Source of the DNA: Paragordius varius
Lineage: Eukaryota > Animalia > Nematomorpha
Assembly: GCA_964247055.1 (NCBI GenBank)
Contig: OZ176055.1
Location: forward strand, 186,001 to 250,000
Direction of reading: 5' to 3'
Length of the DNA stretch: 64,000 nt
The position numbers and the translations under genes were made by a program. Under the pieces are notes generated by a model. That model searched no databases. It was not told the DNA's origin and saw only the letters and a list, made by a program, of their open reading frames with translations. Position 1 is the stretch's first letter; each line of letters starts with the position of its first letter. This document shows positions 1 through 11,713 of this stretch, piece after piece.

Positions 1-156
1 TATACTAACTATTTTAATTAATTATTTATGAGAATTTTATACACATCAAACAAACCATTGCATAGAGAAGTGCCTACATAGTAATAAATTGGATCACATC
101 AATTTTTATGCGTTATTTATGTATATAAATACGGCAAATAAAACCCTTGAATAATA

Positions 157-3100
157 ATGGAAGAAATATTTCCCAGTTATAAAAAGTTGTCCAATATCCC
201 AAAGCAACGCCTAAAAGATATTTATGAAATATTCTCTGTCCTTGATAAGGATAAAGACGGTTCTATATCTGCCAAAGAAATTCATGATTTCCTAGTAACC
301 TTAAAACTTGACCCTAGCGCCACAAAGTCAAAACCAAAATCAGCTGATACGGAAATTTCACCCCAAAATAATGAACAAGAACCCAAAATAAATCCAAATC
401 TTGAATACGTTGTGGCGAATGAAGAATCGTCACGTGATAGTCACGATGCTGTCCCACGTGATATGGTTAGGGCTCTTTCGATTAGTTCTTCGACCGAGGA
501 AACAAGATTGGCCAATGAAGGTGCAATAATTGGTTCATCGTCGCCGACTACACGTGATGCCAGAGCACGTGATGAAGGACCGCGGATAGAGGATAGGATT
601 ATGCAACTTATTGATGTGGATAAGAGTGGTTCCATCGATTTCGAAGAATTTGCACGGATAGCGGATAAAGAATTACCGCTTAACCATAACATACGGCAAT
701 CATTTAAAAAGCATAATAAGAATAAAAAACGGGCAAGTCCAACGTTGACACAAAAACAACAGCTCAGAAAACAATCCTCGACAACTGTGCGGACGACAGC
801 ACAAAACGGTGATAATAAAAATCACAGAAGACTTACACATGGAAGCCAATCCCTTAGTTTTGCTAATGATGGCGCATATAATGATACCACCTCTAACTTT
901 GCGGAAAAGAAAGAAGATAAAAAAGTAACCTTTAGATTACTTAAAAGAGCTTCAACCACCAATGAAGACATGTTGTTTGGACAAAAAAGAGGAGAAACCC
1001 CACAAAACCGTTATAATAAGCAGGCAGGTCAGCAAGAACGCCAAAACAATCAAGATACGTTATTGACTACACCACTCTTGTCGTCGAAGGAGGGTGGGAC
1101 TGTAAGCGGTGGCGATGAACAATCTATGCCTACAAAAGAAATGCAACCAATCCTCAAAACTAACATTAGTAATTTAGAATCACAACCAGAAGAATCAAAT
1201 GCTGGAAAAGAAAATTATAAGGCTCCTGAAACTGAAGGAGAGGGCGAGGAACAAGACGAAGACGTTGAAACTGACGATGAAGGCGAAAGGGAATATTTGG
1301 ATTTATTGCGTCACGTGTTCTCGGCCTTCGATGCGGATGGCGACGGATTCATCGATAGGGATGAAATCAAACGGGTGCTTCACGCCCTTGGACTTGACAT
1401 TACGGAAAAGGGATTAGGTATATATTATGGTTTTTGTTTTTAAATTGCATTGTCTCGTATTAATGAATGATAGATACTATATACTCGGCGAAAGATGAAA
1501 AAAAGAGTTTTTTCATATTGGTTTATACCTTAGTTGTTCACGATATTTTCGATGATGTATAAATTAGAGGCCGTTCCCCTTTTCTCATATTGGAAGAAAA
1601 TTGACAATAATAATGGTTTATTGATAGAATGTAATGTTGATATTGTAGTTGTTTTAAAAAGATTAAATAATTTCTTTAAGTGGTAGAATGATATGTAAAT
1701 AAAATTTTTACGAGATATAGTTAGGAATCGTCTGCTAATAGTACATAATGACATTATTATAAAGAAAACTTTCAATATTTTTTTAGTTTCATATCTCATT
1801 AAATATTTTTACTTGTTACTTTAATTTTTGGTTTATATTTTAATTTTATTTTTTACGTTTGAAAAAGATTCCTAGTAGTAATCGAAAATTCACCCCAATA
1901 AATTTATATATTAGCTGAATTATAATTGCAATAATAATATAAGTATACCATTTACAGTTCAAATTCACCCTTAAACAATTCAAATTCACCTTCGAACAAT
2001 TCAAATTCACCCTCATATAAATAATATGTTTTTTAAGATTAAAAATTACTTATATTTTAATATATTTTTAAAAAATAAAATTTTGTTTTAAATTAAAATA
2101 ATACTGAAAAAAATAATTAATTATGCCATAAAGATATATTTTATATTAATAATGAGTTATATTATTTCGAAAACACATAATTTATTTTTAGGGTGATTTT
2201 GAATTGTTCGAGGGTGAATTTGAATTGTTCAAGGGTGAATTTGAACTGTAAATGGTATATATTAAAATGTCATGATGGATATCAAAACGAAAAATGGGGA
2301 TAAAAGTGACAATTAAAATTATAATATATAATAGAAAATAGGAAAAAATCTAAACCAATTAATATTAAGAAAAAAACCCATCGTTGGGAAATAGTTTTTA
2401 AATGACAAAAATAGTTGGTTCTTTTTACTCTTTATTTGCAAAGTTCAAAATGAAAATCTTATTTCAAAAATTTGTGATTTTGGAAACTTTTGTAATTCAA
2501 ATTTTAACTTTTGCCAAATCTCAAATAAATTTTTGGTAATTATCTAGTAAAGTTTTTCAGACATGTTGCAATTGTCGTCCAATTTATCGGTCAAAACCAC
2601 CGAAAAATAAAGTCTGCCACTAAAATAAAAAAATATACTATTAGATTAACTGAAGCTAAATAATACGTTTAAAAACCACTAAACAAAAACACAACTACCC
2701 CCCACCCCTTCCGTTCTACTATTTAAAAGCCGTTTTGAAACCAACATTCCTCACTGTTTCAAACTTGTTTGACATTAGCAATTATTGATATACACCATTT
2801 GTAATTCAAATTCACCCTCGAACTCAAATTTACCCTTGAATAATTCAAATTCATCCTAAAAATAAATTATGTCGGGCTAATATAACTCACATTAATATAA
2901 AATATATTCTTATGGCATAGTTTATTATTTTTTCAATATTTTATATATTATAAAGGTAATTTATTTTTTTAAATATAAATAAATATAGGTAATTTTTAAT
3001 CTTAAATTATACATAGGGTGATTTTAAATTGTTCGAGGGTGAATTTGAATTGTTCAAGGGTTAATTGAATTGTTCAAGGGTGAATTTGAACTGTAAATGG

Positions 3101-3594
3101 TAGATATATATATGGATAAAAAATTTAACCATTTTTTAATGCATTTAGGTGCTATGATAGCCCAAGCCGATAAAGATGGAAACGAACGGATAGATTTTGA
3201 TGAATTCGTTCGAATGAACAGAGAACGCGATCGGGCCATGGCTAAGAAGGCTTCTTGGGGTGCTCATAATCACAAGGGTGCACAAGGAGGAGGTGGTGGT
3301 GGTCTATTCTCATTCAGATCTCATTTTCCCCTGCTGTCTGGACCGAACAAAGAGGGCGCAAATCACCGAGATCAGCTGACTTCTTCTGATTTCGAGGACG
3401 AGGAAAATGATGGAAATCATCTGGCATTTCTAAAGACGAACCCGCTAGTAAGAAGGGCTAAAAAGTTTTTAAAACGACGTTTTTTCGCCGCCTCAGAACC
3501 GAAACCTAATAACCCTCGCCCAGATGATTGGGCCCATGGACCACCTCAAAATTTGGCGCTTTCAAGCACACCTCACAACCCAGGCAACAAATAA
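157..3594 (+). CDS. Calmodulin-like protein with four EF-hands and long low-complexity inserts; exons 157-1417, 3149-3594 (~568 aa)
   Basis: Canonical 12-residue Ca2+ loops DKDKDGSISAKE, DVDKSGSIDFEE, DADGDGFIDRDE, DKDGNERIDFDE. A phase-1 GT (1418)...AG (3148) intron joins the two track ORFs in frame (G+GT=Gly). Confidence 0.85.
1948..2255. mobile_element. MITE family A (TA|CCATTTACAGTTCAAATTCACCC...AAATGG|TA; TIRs built of ~17-bp repeats)
   Basis: Long inverted termini and TATA flanks on both sides; nine copies in the window. Confidence 0.85.
2795..3100. mobile_element. MITE family A
   Basis: CCATTT...AAATGG termini and shared internal sequence. Confidence 0.8.
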
Positions 3595-3618
3595 GATTTA
3601 ATATTCCGTGTTGAAATA

Positions 3619-3825
3619 CAGTCATGTATGTTTACAATTGTCAAACATACGTTTTTAATTGATTTTACTTTGTTTTCAATTGTTTACAATAAATAGGCTA
3701 CTATTATTATTTTAAGGCTTAAAAATGCGCATGTTGAAAGTTGACATATCAAACATCATTACAATTAAAAACAAAGTAAAATCAATTAAAAACGTATTTT
3801 TAACAATTCTAATCATACATGACTG
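3619..3825. mobile_element. MITE family C (CAGTCATGTAT termini, Tc1/mariner-like)
   Basis: ~65-bp inverted repeat; left flank TA. Confidence 0.75.
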
Positions 3826-6800
3826 AGTTTTTTTCCTTGGATGAAACTGTTTATCATCATCATTATATAAGGTTAATTAAATAAAACAATGTATACATAA
3901 AGATAAAACAATATTGTCATACAAACAAATGTAAATCTTTATGTATTATAGATATATTTATATATAAATTATAAATAAAGTATTATATGTACTAACTTGT
4001 ATGTTGAGAAATTCTTAGCCGAATAAAAGATATGACTGTAAGATAAATTCGCGGCAGTTTCATTTTGTGACATAGGATCCAAATCACAATTTTTCCGTTT
4101 GATGGCGGCAAAATTTTGAGACAATGGTGCATCCACCCTGGATGCAGAAGTCAGCTGTTTTTCTGGGTAGGGGCAAGTGGGGCGCCTTCCAGCCCTCCCC
4201 ATCTCCTGATAAAATGCTTCCAAGCTTTTAGGTGCTGAATAATGTATAATATTTCGAATTCCTGCCTTATTTATACCCATACCAAAAGCTATGGTTGCAA
4301 TTATGACTGTTAGCGAGCCTTTCATAAACTCTGCTTGAGTCACGTGTCTTCGACTCATAGCCAAGTCTGCGTGATAAAGACCAATCCGGTTTTGAATTCT
4401 TTTATCTGATATGGGTAGGGGGGTAAGTAAAAATTGAAATTATTTTTACAGACAAAACGTGAAAACTTAAAGACCAAACTTTATTATTTTGCAAAAAAAC
4501 CCATACTTTTTAAGCCCTTATATGTAATGGATTGTGATACTTATTTCATAATTTGTACTTATAAATTAATGAGTCATAAATAAAAAAAAGCGATTTAAAA
4601 AAGTAAAGAGGTCCTTTCTTTAAAAAAAAAATTGTCTTTATATTTTTACGTTTTGTCCGTAAATAATTTTAATTTTACTGTGAAATTTTCAAAAAAAAAC
4701 AATGAAAAAATTACATTAAATACGATATAGGCCGGCGTAAAAATGTTATCATTTAAATAAAACATTTTTAAATACATAGACAAGTTTTAAAAACGTATAA
4801 ATCATGCCAATTTAAAAGTTTAAATCTCCTATCTTTGATACATTGCAGATATTCACGGAGGTTATGGAACAGACGATATAAATGACAATGGATCACGTTT
4901 GATCGACTTTTTACAAAATAGTGATTTAACCATAATAAACACCTTTTTTAAAAAAAAATCGGAATAATCATTATTATACATATGAGACTTTAAACCACAA
5001 CTCTATGATTGATTTGTTCTTGACAAAGAAATATCACAGAAAACTTTTCACCAATGTCAAAACTATATATGAACTACAATTAAATCACAAATTGATAGTA
5101 TTAGAAACAACCATAGGAATTCTAAAACTAAATTCTCCAGAAAACAGAATCATCAAAAATTCTGACATAAGATGTTTAAACTATAAAAAACTCACAGATG
5201 ACGCGCAGAAAACAGCTAAATTTAAATCATCCATAACTGAAAAATTAAAAAAAACTTTACTCTCAAACCCAACTTGGGAAAATTTAAAAAACACTTATAT
5301 CCATACAGTTGAATGCCTGGTGGGGAGAAAAAAATCAAATAAAGGTCATCAAAAAAAATATCAATTTTGGTGGAATAATAAAGTGAAAGAGCATATAAAA
5401 CAGAAAAATTTGGCACATAAAATTTGGTTCAAGGAAAAGACACCATTAAATAGAAAATTATATCTAGAATCCAAAAGTTTATGTCGAAAAATTATCAGGG
5501 ATGCCAAAAATGAAGAAGCCCTAAAGTATGCGAAAGAAATCGATATTAAAACTAAAAACAAAACTGTATATAAATGGGCTAAAAGCAAAACTAACTAAAT
5601 CAGATATCCATACCGCTTTATGCAAAATGAAAAATAAAAAACTTCCTGGCCCTTCAGAACTCACGGCCGACATGCTTAAACTAACTGACCCTCAGATTAT
5701 CGATTCATATCTGACAACTTTATTCAACAATATAATAAAAGACGAAAAAATCCCTCCTGACTGGGAAAACAGCCATATCATTCCCATATACAAAAAAGGA
5801 GACCCTCTGCTGCCGAAATCCTACCGTCCAATAAAGTTATTAGATCACACTATGAAAATATATGAAAAAGTAATTCTCTCCAAAATCCTGCCCAAATTGC
5901 ATTTAAACGAAATGCAATGCGGGTTCCGGCCAAATAAAAGTACAATAGATGCCATATTCACGCTAAGACAACTTCAAAGCGCATACATCAAAAAATCTCC
6001 TTTATACTACGCTTTTCTTGACATGGAACGAGCCTTTGATGCCATTCCAAGAGATTTTATACCATGGGCTCTTAGGCGTCAAGGCATTGACGAATGGTTG
6101 ATAACCTCAATAATGCTCTTATACCGTAATACCAGAGCCCAAATTAAAACTCCGTTTGGACTAAGTAAAAGTTTTTCAATAAAAAATGGACTCCACCAAG
6201 GATCTATATTAAGCCCAACCCTCTTCAATGTCATTATGGAAGAAATAACTAAAGACATCGCAACCGGCATGCCACACCAAATTCTTTACGCCGATGACCT
6301 CGTAATATCATCGACATCGGAAAGCGATCTCATAGGGAAAATTCGTCTGTGGAATGACACCTTAAAAAGCTATGGTGTCAAAGTCAATTTTTCAAAAACC
6401 AAATTAATGTACGATAATCTCACCGCTAAAAACCCATGCAGCGTATGCAGAAAAGAAGTTAAATCAAATTCTGTACGCTGCAATTCTTGTCTTCTATGGG
6501 TACACAAAAAATGTAGTAGCCTCAAATCTATAAATGATTACGATAAACACTACAAATGCTCGGCATGTTTAAATAATAATATTAATTTAACAATCAACTC
6601 GATTCCCAATCCTTTCAATATGGAAACAGTGAGCAGTTTTTGCTACTTGGGCGATATGATATCAGCCGGTGGAGGAATAGAACCTGCAATTAAGCGCATA
6701 TCACAAATGTGGAAAAAATACCATTCGTTAAACTACAAACTAAATGTGCCATTTACACTACAGCCATCCGTCCCGTCCTCACATATGCATCCGAATCCTG

Positions 6801-9630
6801 GCCGATGTCAAAAACAAATGAATCCAAACTCATAAACGCTGAATCCAAATTATTGAAAACAATATTATTTGCACACAATCCCTCTAAATTCAATTATACC
6901 GAATCCATAAACCCGTACCATATACTCAATCTTAACCCCATCAACAACGTCATCAGAAATCTCCGGTTACAATGGGGGCTGGACATGTTGAGAGACGGCA
7001 AGATACTCACATTCTTAAAACTATGAAAAATTACTCGGTTGCACTACCAGCGAAATCCGGCCGACCCCATACCATATGGCTCATCACAATAACTAAAGAC
7101 CTCAAATCTAGAATTAGCCAAATCAAGAGAAGAGTGGAAAAAACGGGTGTACCGTCATTTAATGGCGAATCCCCATACAAATGAATGAATGAATGAATCT
7201 TTGGAAAAAATCAAAATTTTTGATAAAATCCATAAAAATTAACACAATTTTTCTAGTCAACACACGGCTTAGATATATCAAAAAGTTGATATATCCTTTC
7301 AAACCTTAAGCCATTTTATATGCTTTTGAATAAACTTTTAAAGATTGAAAAAAACCGTTTTTTATGTTGCACAAAAAATTAAATTGCATACCAAGTAAGA
7401 ATTCAAACAGCTGATGAGCCAACACTTTAGATGGGACATATATTATGGTTGTGCCAGAAAATGCATAAATTCTCCGATTTTTTTCAACCGGATCCATGAT
7501 AATCTGAACGATTTTAAGATTTTGTAGAGCAGTGAAATCAGTTTCCATATCCACCATTTTTTGCGCTGAAAAATAAATGTTGGGTCTGCCAAGTGATAAA
7601 ATAGGTGGCAGTTTATAAATAATTATATATTTCATATTCCTTAACTTAGTATTGAAACTATGTTGCACATAATAAATTATATTTGTATACAATTAAATTC
7701 ATCTTAAACAACAAAGTTTAAATAAGATTACACAAATTTTATAATTAACTTAATGCTTATTTAGAAAATCTTATTAATATTCACATGTTTCTTAAATAAA
7801 TTTTGGCGATAAAGTAGCAATTATATGTTTGTTCAGTCTTATATGTTTGAAATTTAATTAGAGTAAAAATTGAAATTATACGTAAGGACAAAACGTTATA
7901 ATATAACAAGAGTTTCAAAAGACAACCATATAAATCCTCATTTTTTAAATAAAACTCATAAACTACAAAATATATAATTGATATGCATAACAAACAAAAA
8001 ACAATTATATAGTTTACAGTTGTAGTTATATGATTTATATGTGAAAATCAAGGCTAAAAAAATATTTGTCTTTATATTTTTACGTTTTGTCCCTATGTAT
8101 AATTTCTATTTTTACTGTAATATGATAGATAAAAAAGAGAAATCAACATTTTCTTGTGGTGCGAAATAGTGCGGCTTATTAGGAAATAAGTAAAAAATTC
8201 TTAACCTTAATTTTCATAAACTATTATTACATTTTAAAATAAAAATTAAAATTAGAAAAAAACAACTTTAAAAAACAAAAGAAAATATTTTTTTGATATA
8301 AAGACAGCAATACTTTTGTGTTGATTCTTGATTTTTTTGTAATGTAAAACGATACTTTATCGAAATATAAAATTGTCTTTATATATACCATTTACAATTC
8401 AAATTCACCCTTAAACAATTTAAAATGACCCTTAATCAATTCAAATTCACCCAAACGATTTCAAATTATATGTTTTTTAAGATTAAAATTATCTATATTT
8501 TTATAGGTATAAAAAAAATTGTTTTAAATTAAAATAATACTGAAAAAATAATAAACTATGCGCCATAAACATATATTTTATATTAATAATGAGTTATATT
8601 TATTCTAAAACATATAATTTATTTTTAGGGTGAAATTGGAATAGTTCAAGGGTGAATTTGAACTGTAAATGGTATATTAAATATTTACTTTAGATTCTTA
8701 CGAGATAATTTTGCTTAAAAAACTTTTAATTTTTGATTTCTAAAAAGTATTTTACCGATCTAAACTGCATATAAAGATTCTTGGGTCCTTTTGTAACTTT
8801 AGCGTTTCTATTATATCATTTTTTATGGCTAGGGTAGCTGTTGCAGTTAACGCTAAAATGGGGATATGAGGGAATTGCGCCTTAATGCCAGCTGCGACTT
8901 TGAGATAAAGAGGGCGGAATTCATTCCCCCATTGGGAAATGCAATGGGCTTCATCGAAAGCTATTAAGCACACGTCTGTGATAAAAAATTTTCATATAAA
9001 TTTTTATAAAAAGTCGAAAAAGTTTAGTAATTTCCGTAAAATTAAAGACACCAAAAATTTTTTATATAAGCAAAAGATATGTATAAATAATAAAAGTAAA
9101 TTGTAGTTTTACATTTTTAAAAACGTATTTTATTAATTTTATAGAAACATTATAAAAAATAATTTTGACATTTACCAAATATTTTATCGAGATTTGTGAA
9201 AAACTTGGCATTGTTGTAATAGTATTCGGGTGTGACATAAATTAAATTCGGACGCATTTTTAGAATTTCGGTTTGTAGATTTTCCTTGAACTTTTTTGAG
9301 CCCTTTGACTGGCAAATCATCGCTTTAATACCCATTTCTCTGTTGTTAAAAAAAGTTAGGAATAAATAAATTAACCAACTTTAAACTATTGACTTGATCG
9401 TGCATAAGAGCAATGAGTGGAGAAAAAACTATGCATAATTTATTTTCATAGATTGGTGGAAACTGATAGCAAAGACTTTTTCCAAAACCTGTGGCTGCAA
9501 AAAGGCAAACATCCTTTTTTTCATTCATAACGGCGTTAATAACATTCCATTGCAAATCTTTAAAGCATTGTAGGCCAAAATAGCGCTTTAATACATCTTG
9601 ATAGCCATTATTTTCCGAAATATTATCCAT
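3813..9630 (-). CDS. WRN: RecQ-family (WRN-like) DNA helicase, core domains only; exons 9630-9380, 9339-9176, 8975-8756, 7585-7392, 4405-3997, and a tentative last exon 3846-3813
   Basis: Motifs ATGFGKSLCYQFPP, SPLIALMHDQV, YVTPE, DEAHCISQWGNEFRP, LALTATAT, DRPNIY, YHA, IATIAFGMGINK, YQEMGRAGR. Splice phases of exons 1-5 are consistent. The last exon is low confidence. The symbol is a family-level assignment. Confidence 0.85.
4425..4680. mobile_element. MITE family B (TA|CAGTAAAAATTGAAATTATACGG...CCGTATAATTTCAATTTTTACTG|TA, ~100-130-bp TIRs; about 29 copies in the window)
   Basis: Inverted termini matching the family consensus; CAGT ends and TA TSD suggest a Tc1/mariner derivation. Confidence 0.7.
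4838..7196 (+). mobile_element. 5'-truncated, frameshifted RTE-clade non-LTR retrotransposon in RecQ intron 4
   Basis: APE endonuclease tail (NDNGSRL...IINTFF, IDLFL), RT motifs (QCGFRPNKSTIDAIF, GLHQGSILSP, YADDL, FCYLGD), C-terminal YASESW and GRP, (AATG)n 3' tail at ~7180-7196, candidate TSD ATCTTTG at 4831-4837 and 7197-7203. Confidence 0.9.
7861..8117. mobile_element. MITE family B
   Basis: Both TIRs present. Confidence 0.75.
8388..8672. mobile_element. MITE family A
   Basis: CCATTT...AAATGG termini with TA flanks. Confidence 0.82.
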
Positions 9631-9713
9631 TAAATTTCAGGGGGGTTTAAAATTTAAATTTAAAGCTAAAACATTAGGGTTGTACTACGTTCATTTACCC
9701 ATGTGTGATTGAA

Positions 9714-11713
9714 ATGGAACAGTCTGCTAAGGAAAATAAAACCTCGGTGGCCTCAAAACCTATGGCAATACAACAAGATGAAGTTGATCCAACGCCAAAT
9801 AGATTGAATGTCAAGTATTTTGCCAATATTAATCCCTTTTTTAGCGATTTACATCATGGGGATGATCACATTTGGTTAGATGATGAAGTTGGAATCAGTA
9901 TGAAACCACCTTCATTAGCTAATACGCTAACGGCAAAATTTAAAAGCGCCGTCAATTTTCCCAAATCATTTTTGGCATTTGATTTGGGTACACCCACTGC
10001 ATTTGGAAACAACAATCCTATGAATAATTATAATCCTACCAACCACCCTAACTCCTCGTTTATTACGGCCTCCAAAAATATTAATACCATTGGAAGTAGT
10101 CATCACATGTTATCATCTATACCACAAAAAAGTTATGCTTATAGTGATTTGACTCAATCCAATACTCATTATCACAATAATACCTTATATTATCCCATGC
10201 CCTATAAAAATGAAAGTATGACCCAAAAGCTTAGGGCTTGGTTCACTCGGCCTACGGCACTCTGTGGTCCACACATTATACTTTTTACCATTTGTACGTT
10301 TCCTATCGCATTTATCGTGACTTTTTGCGTTTCCCTTTACTACAGTTTCCTTATGATGTACAATTTCTATGAATACTATTTCGGTGATGGTCGACATGCC
10401 CTATATCACCTCAACACACCCTACAAAATTATTTTACTGGGTCTTCTCCTTTTATCAGCGCCCTTCATAGCGATTGCGTGTGGCATTTTTGCCGGTCTCT
10501 GGTCAGCTGTTTGCCAGTTAACAGGTGATTTTAGCGTTTGGCACGGCGAATTCTTTGATTTCGAGAAAGGCTTCTTCGGTTGGCTTTGTACCGTAACACG
10601 GATGCCCCATCTTTGCCCATATGACATAACTTTGGCGCGTGAGAGTCGAACGCTTGGTCGAAATAAGCGCAGAGCATCAGCTGTTTTCTCTTCTTCAGGA
10701 CGTGTTCTTAATGGCCATTTTCAGCCCAAATCTTTGGAGGCGTCCAAAACTGGCCTGGCAGGTGATGGTCTCAACACGTTTAGTCGAAATCCGTACCAAC
10801 AAACTACGACTTACACGGCTACTCAAGAAGAGCCAACTACCAGAGATAATACATCTCCAACTGTTGTAGATCAAGAAAAGGAAGGGAGGCCTATATCTTT
10901 TCCTTATGGTAAGTAAGACCTCTGGGAGTAATTACTACATATTACTAATTGGATTCATTCATATTAGTTACATTTGTGCGCACTAAAGAGGTGAAAACAT
11001 TAAAAGATAAAAATGCGTAAATTTATATAGATAATTTAGTAGATGAGCATTTTATAGGGTGTTAATTAGTTTTATCTTTAAAGTTTATTTTTTTAATCTT
11101 TTTCCATATAACAAGGTTTTAACTTAAATGTGCCATAAAGTTTGGACTTTTAAATATAACATTTTATTTTATTTCAATACATATTATTATTAATAATGCA
11201 ATATATTCCACTTATCAAAAATTAATTGGTCATATCCTCGCTGTTTATTTATTGAGAATTTTTACCAGGTAATTTATGGCATAATTAAGAATGGCAATAA
11301 ATATAAAGACAAATATTTTTTTGAAATTTAACCCTCTTTAAACCTTAATTTTTCCTCTATAAATTATTAATAGTTGTAAAATACATAATATTGATTGTGT
11401 TACCAATATAAACATATCTATTATTATATACATTGAAATATAAACCAATAGTTAAGTTAAAAAAATCAAGGTTAAGAAAATACTGCGGGTTCCTTTGAAA
11501 AAAAATTTTGTCTGTATAATTTCCCCAATTTTTACTGTATGTATGCCGCGTTTAGGAGATCAGAAATCGTCTCTACTTAGTAGTAAAGGCGGAACCGGAC
11601 TTTCCCTTTACCCTTCAGCGCAGGTTGATGAAATACAGCGCTTACAAGACTCTGAAAATAGTTTTGATAAAACACATTTGCCTTCTGATAAGGCTAATTC
11701 CCAAGAAAAGTGA
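9714..11713 (+). CDS. TMEM169: Transmembrane protein 169 homolog; exons 9714-10908, 11556-11713
   Basis: GPHIILFT...YN...GLWSAVCQL...EKGFFGWLC...CPYDI matches the TMEM169 conserved domain. Donor GTAAGT at 10909 and acceptor TTTAG at 11555 are in phase 1. Confidence 0.85.

Noticed and set aside
3480-3618. Antisense to the EF-hand C-terminus reads ICCLGCEVCLK, resembling the RecQ Zn motif CxxCDxC, and it would be in frame with the tentative RecQ last exon if MITE-C were removed
   Set aside because: No preceding CRR or helical segment, it overlaps another gene's CDS, and it relies on a weak acceptor and an imperfect TSD; most likely chance.
5222-6270. Minus-strand ORFs inside the LINE
   Set aside because: Antisense shadows of the retrotransposon ORF.
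10909-10916. Track stop at 10916 as the TMEM169 end
   Set aside because: It lies within a perfect GTAAGT donor, and a phase-matched exon follows at 11556.
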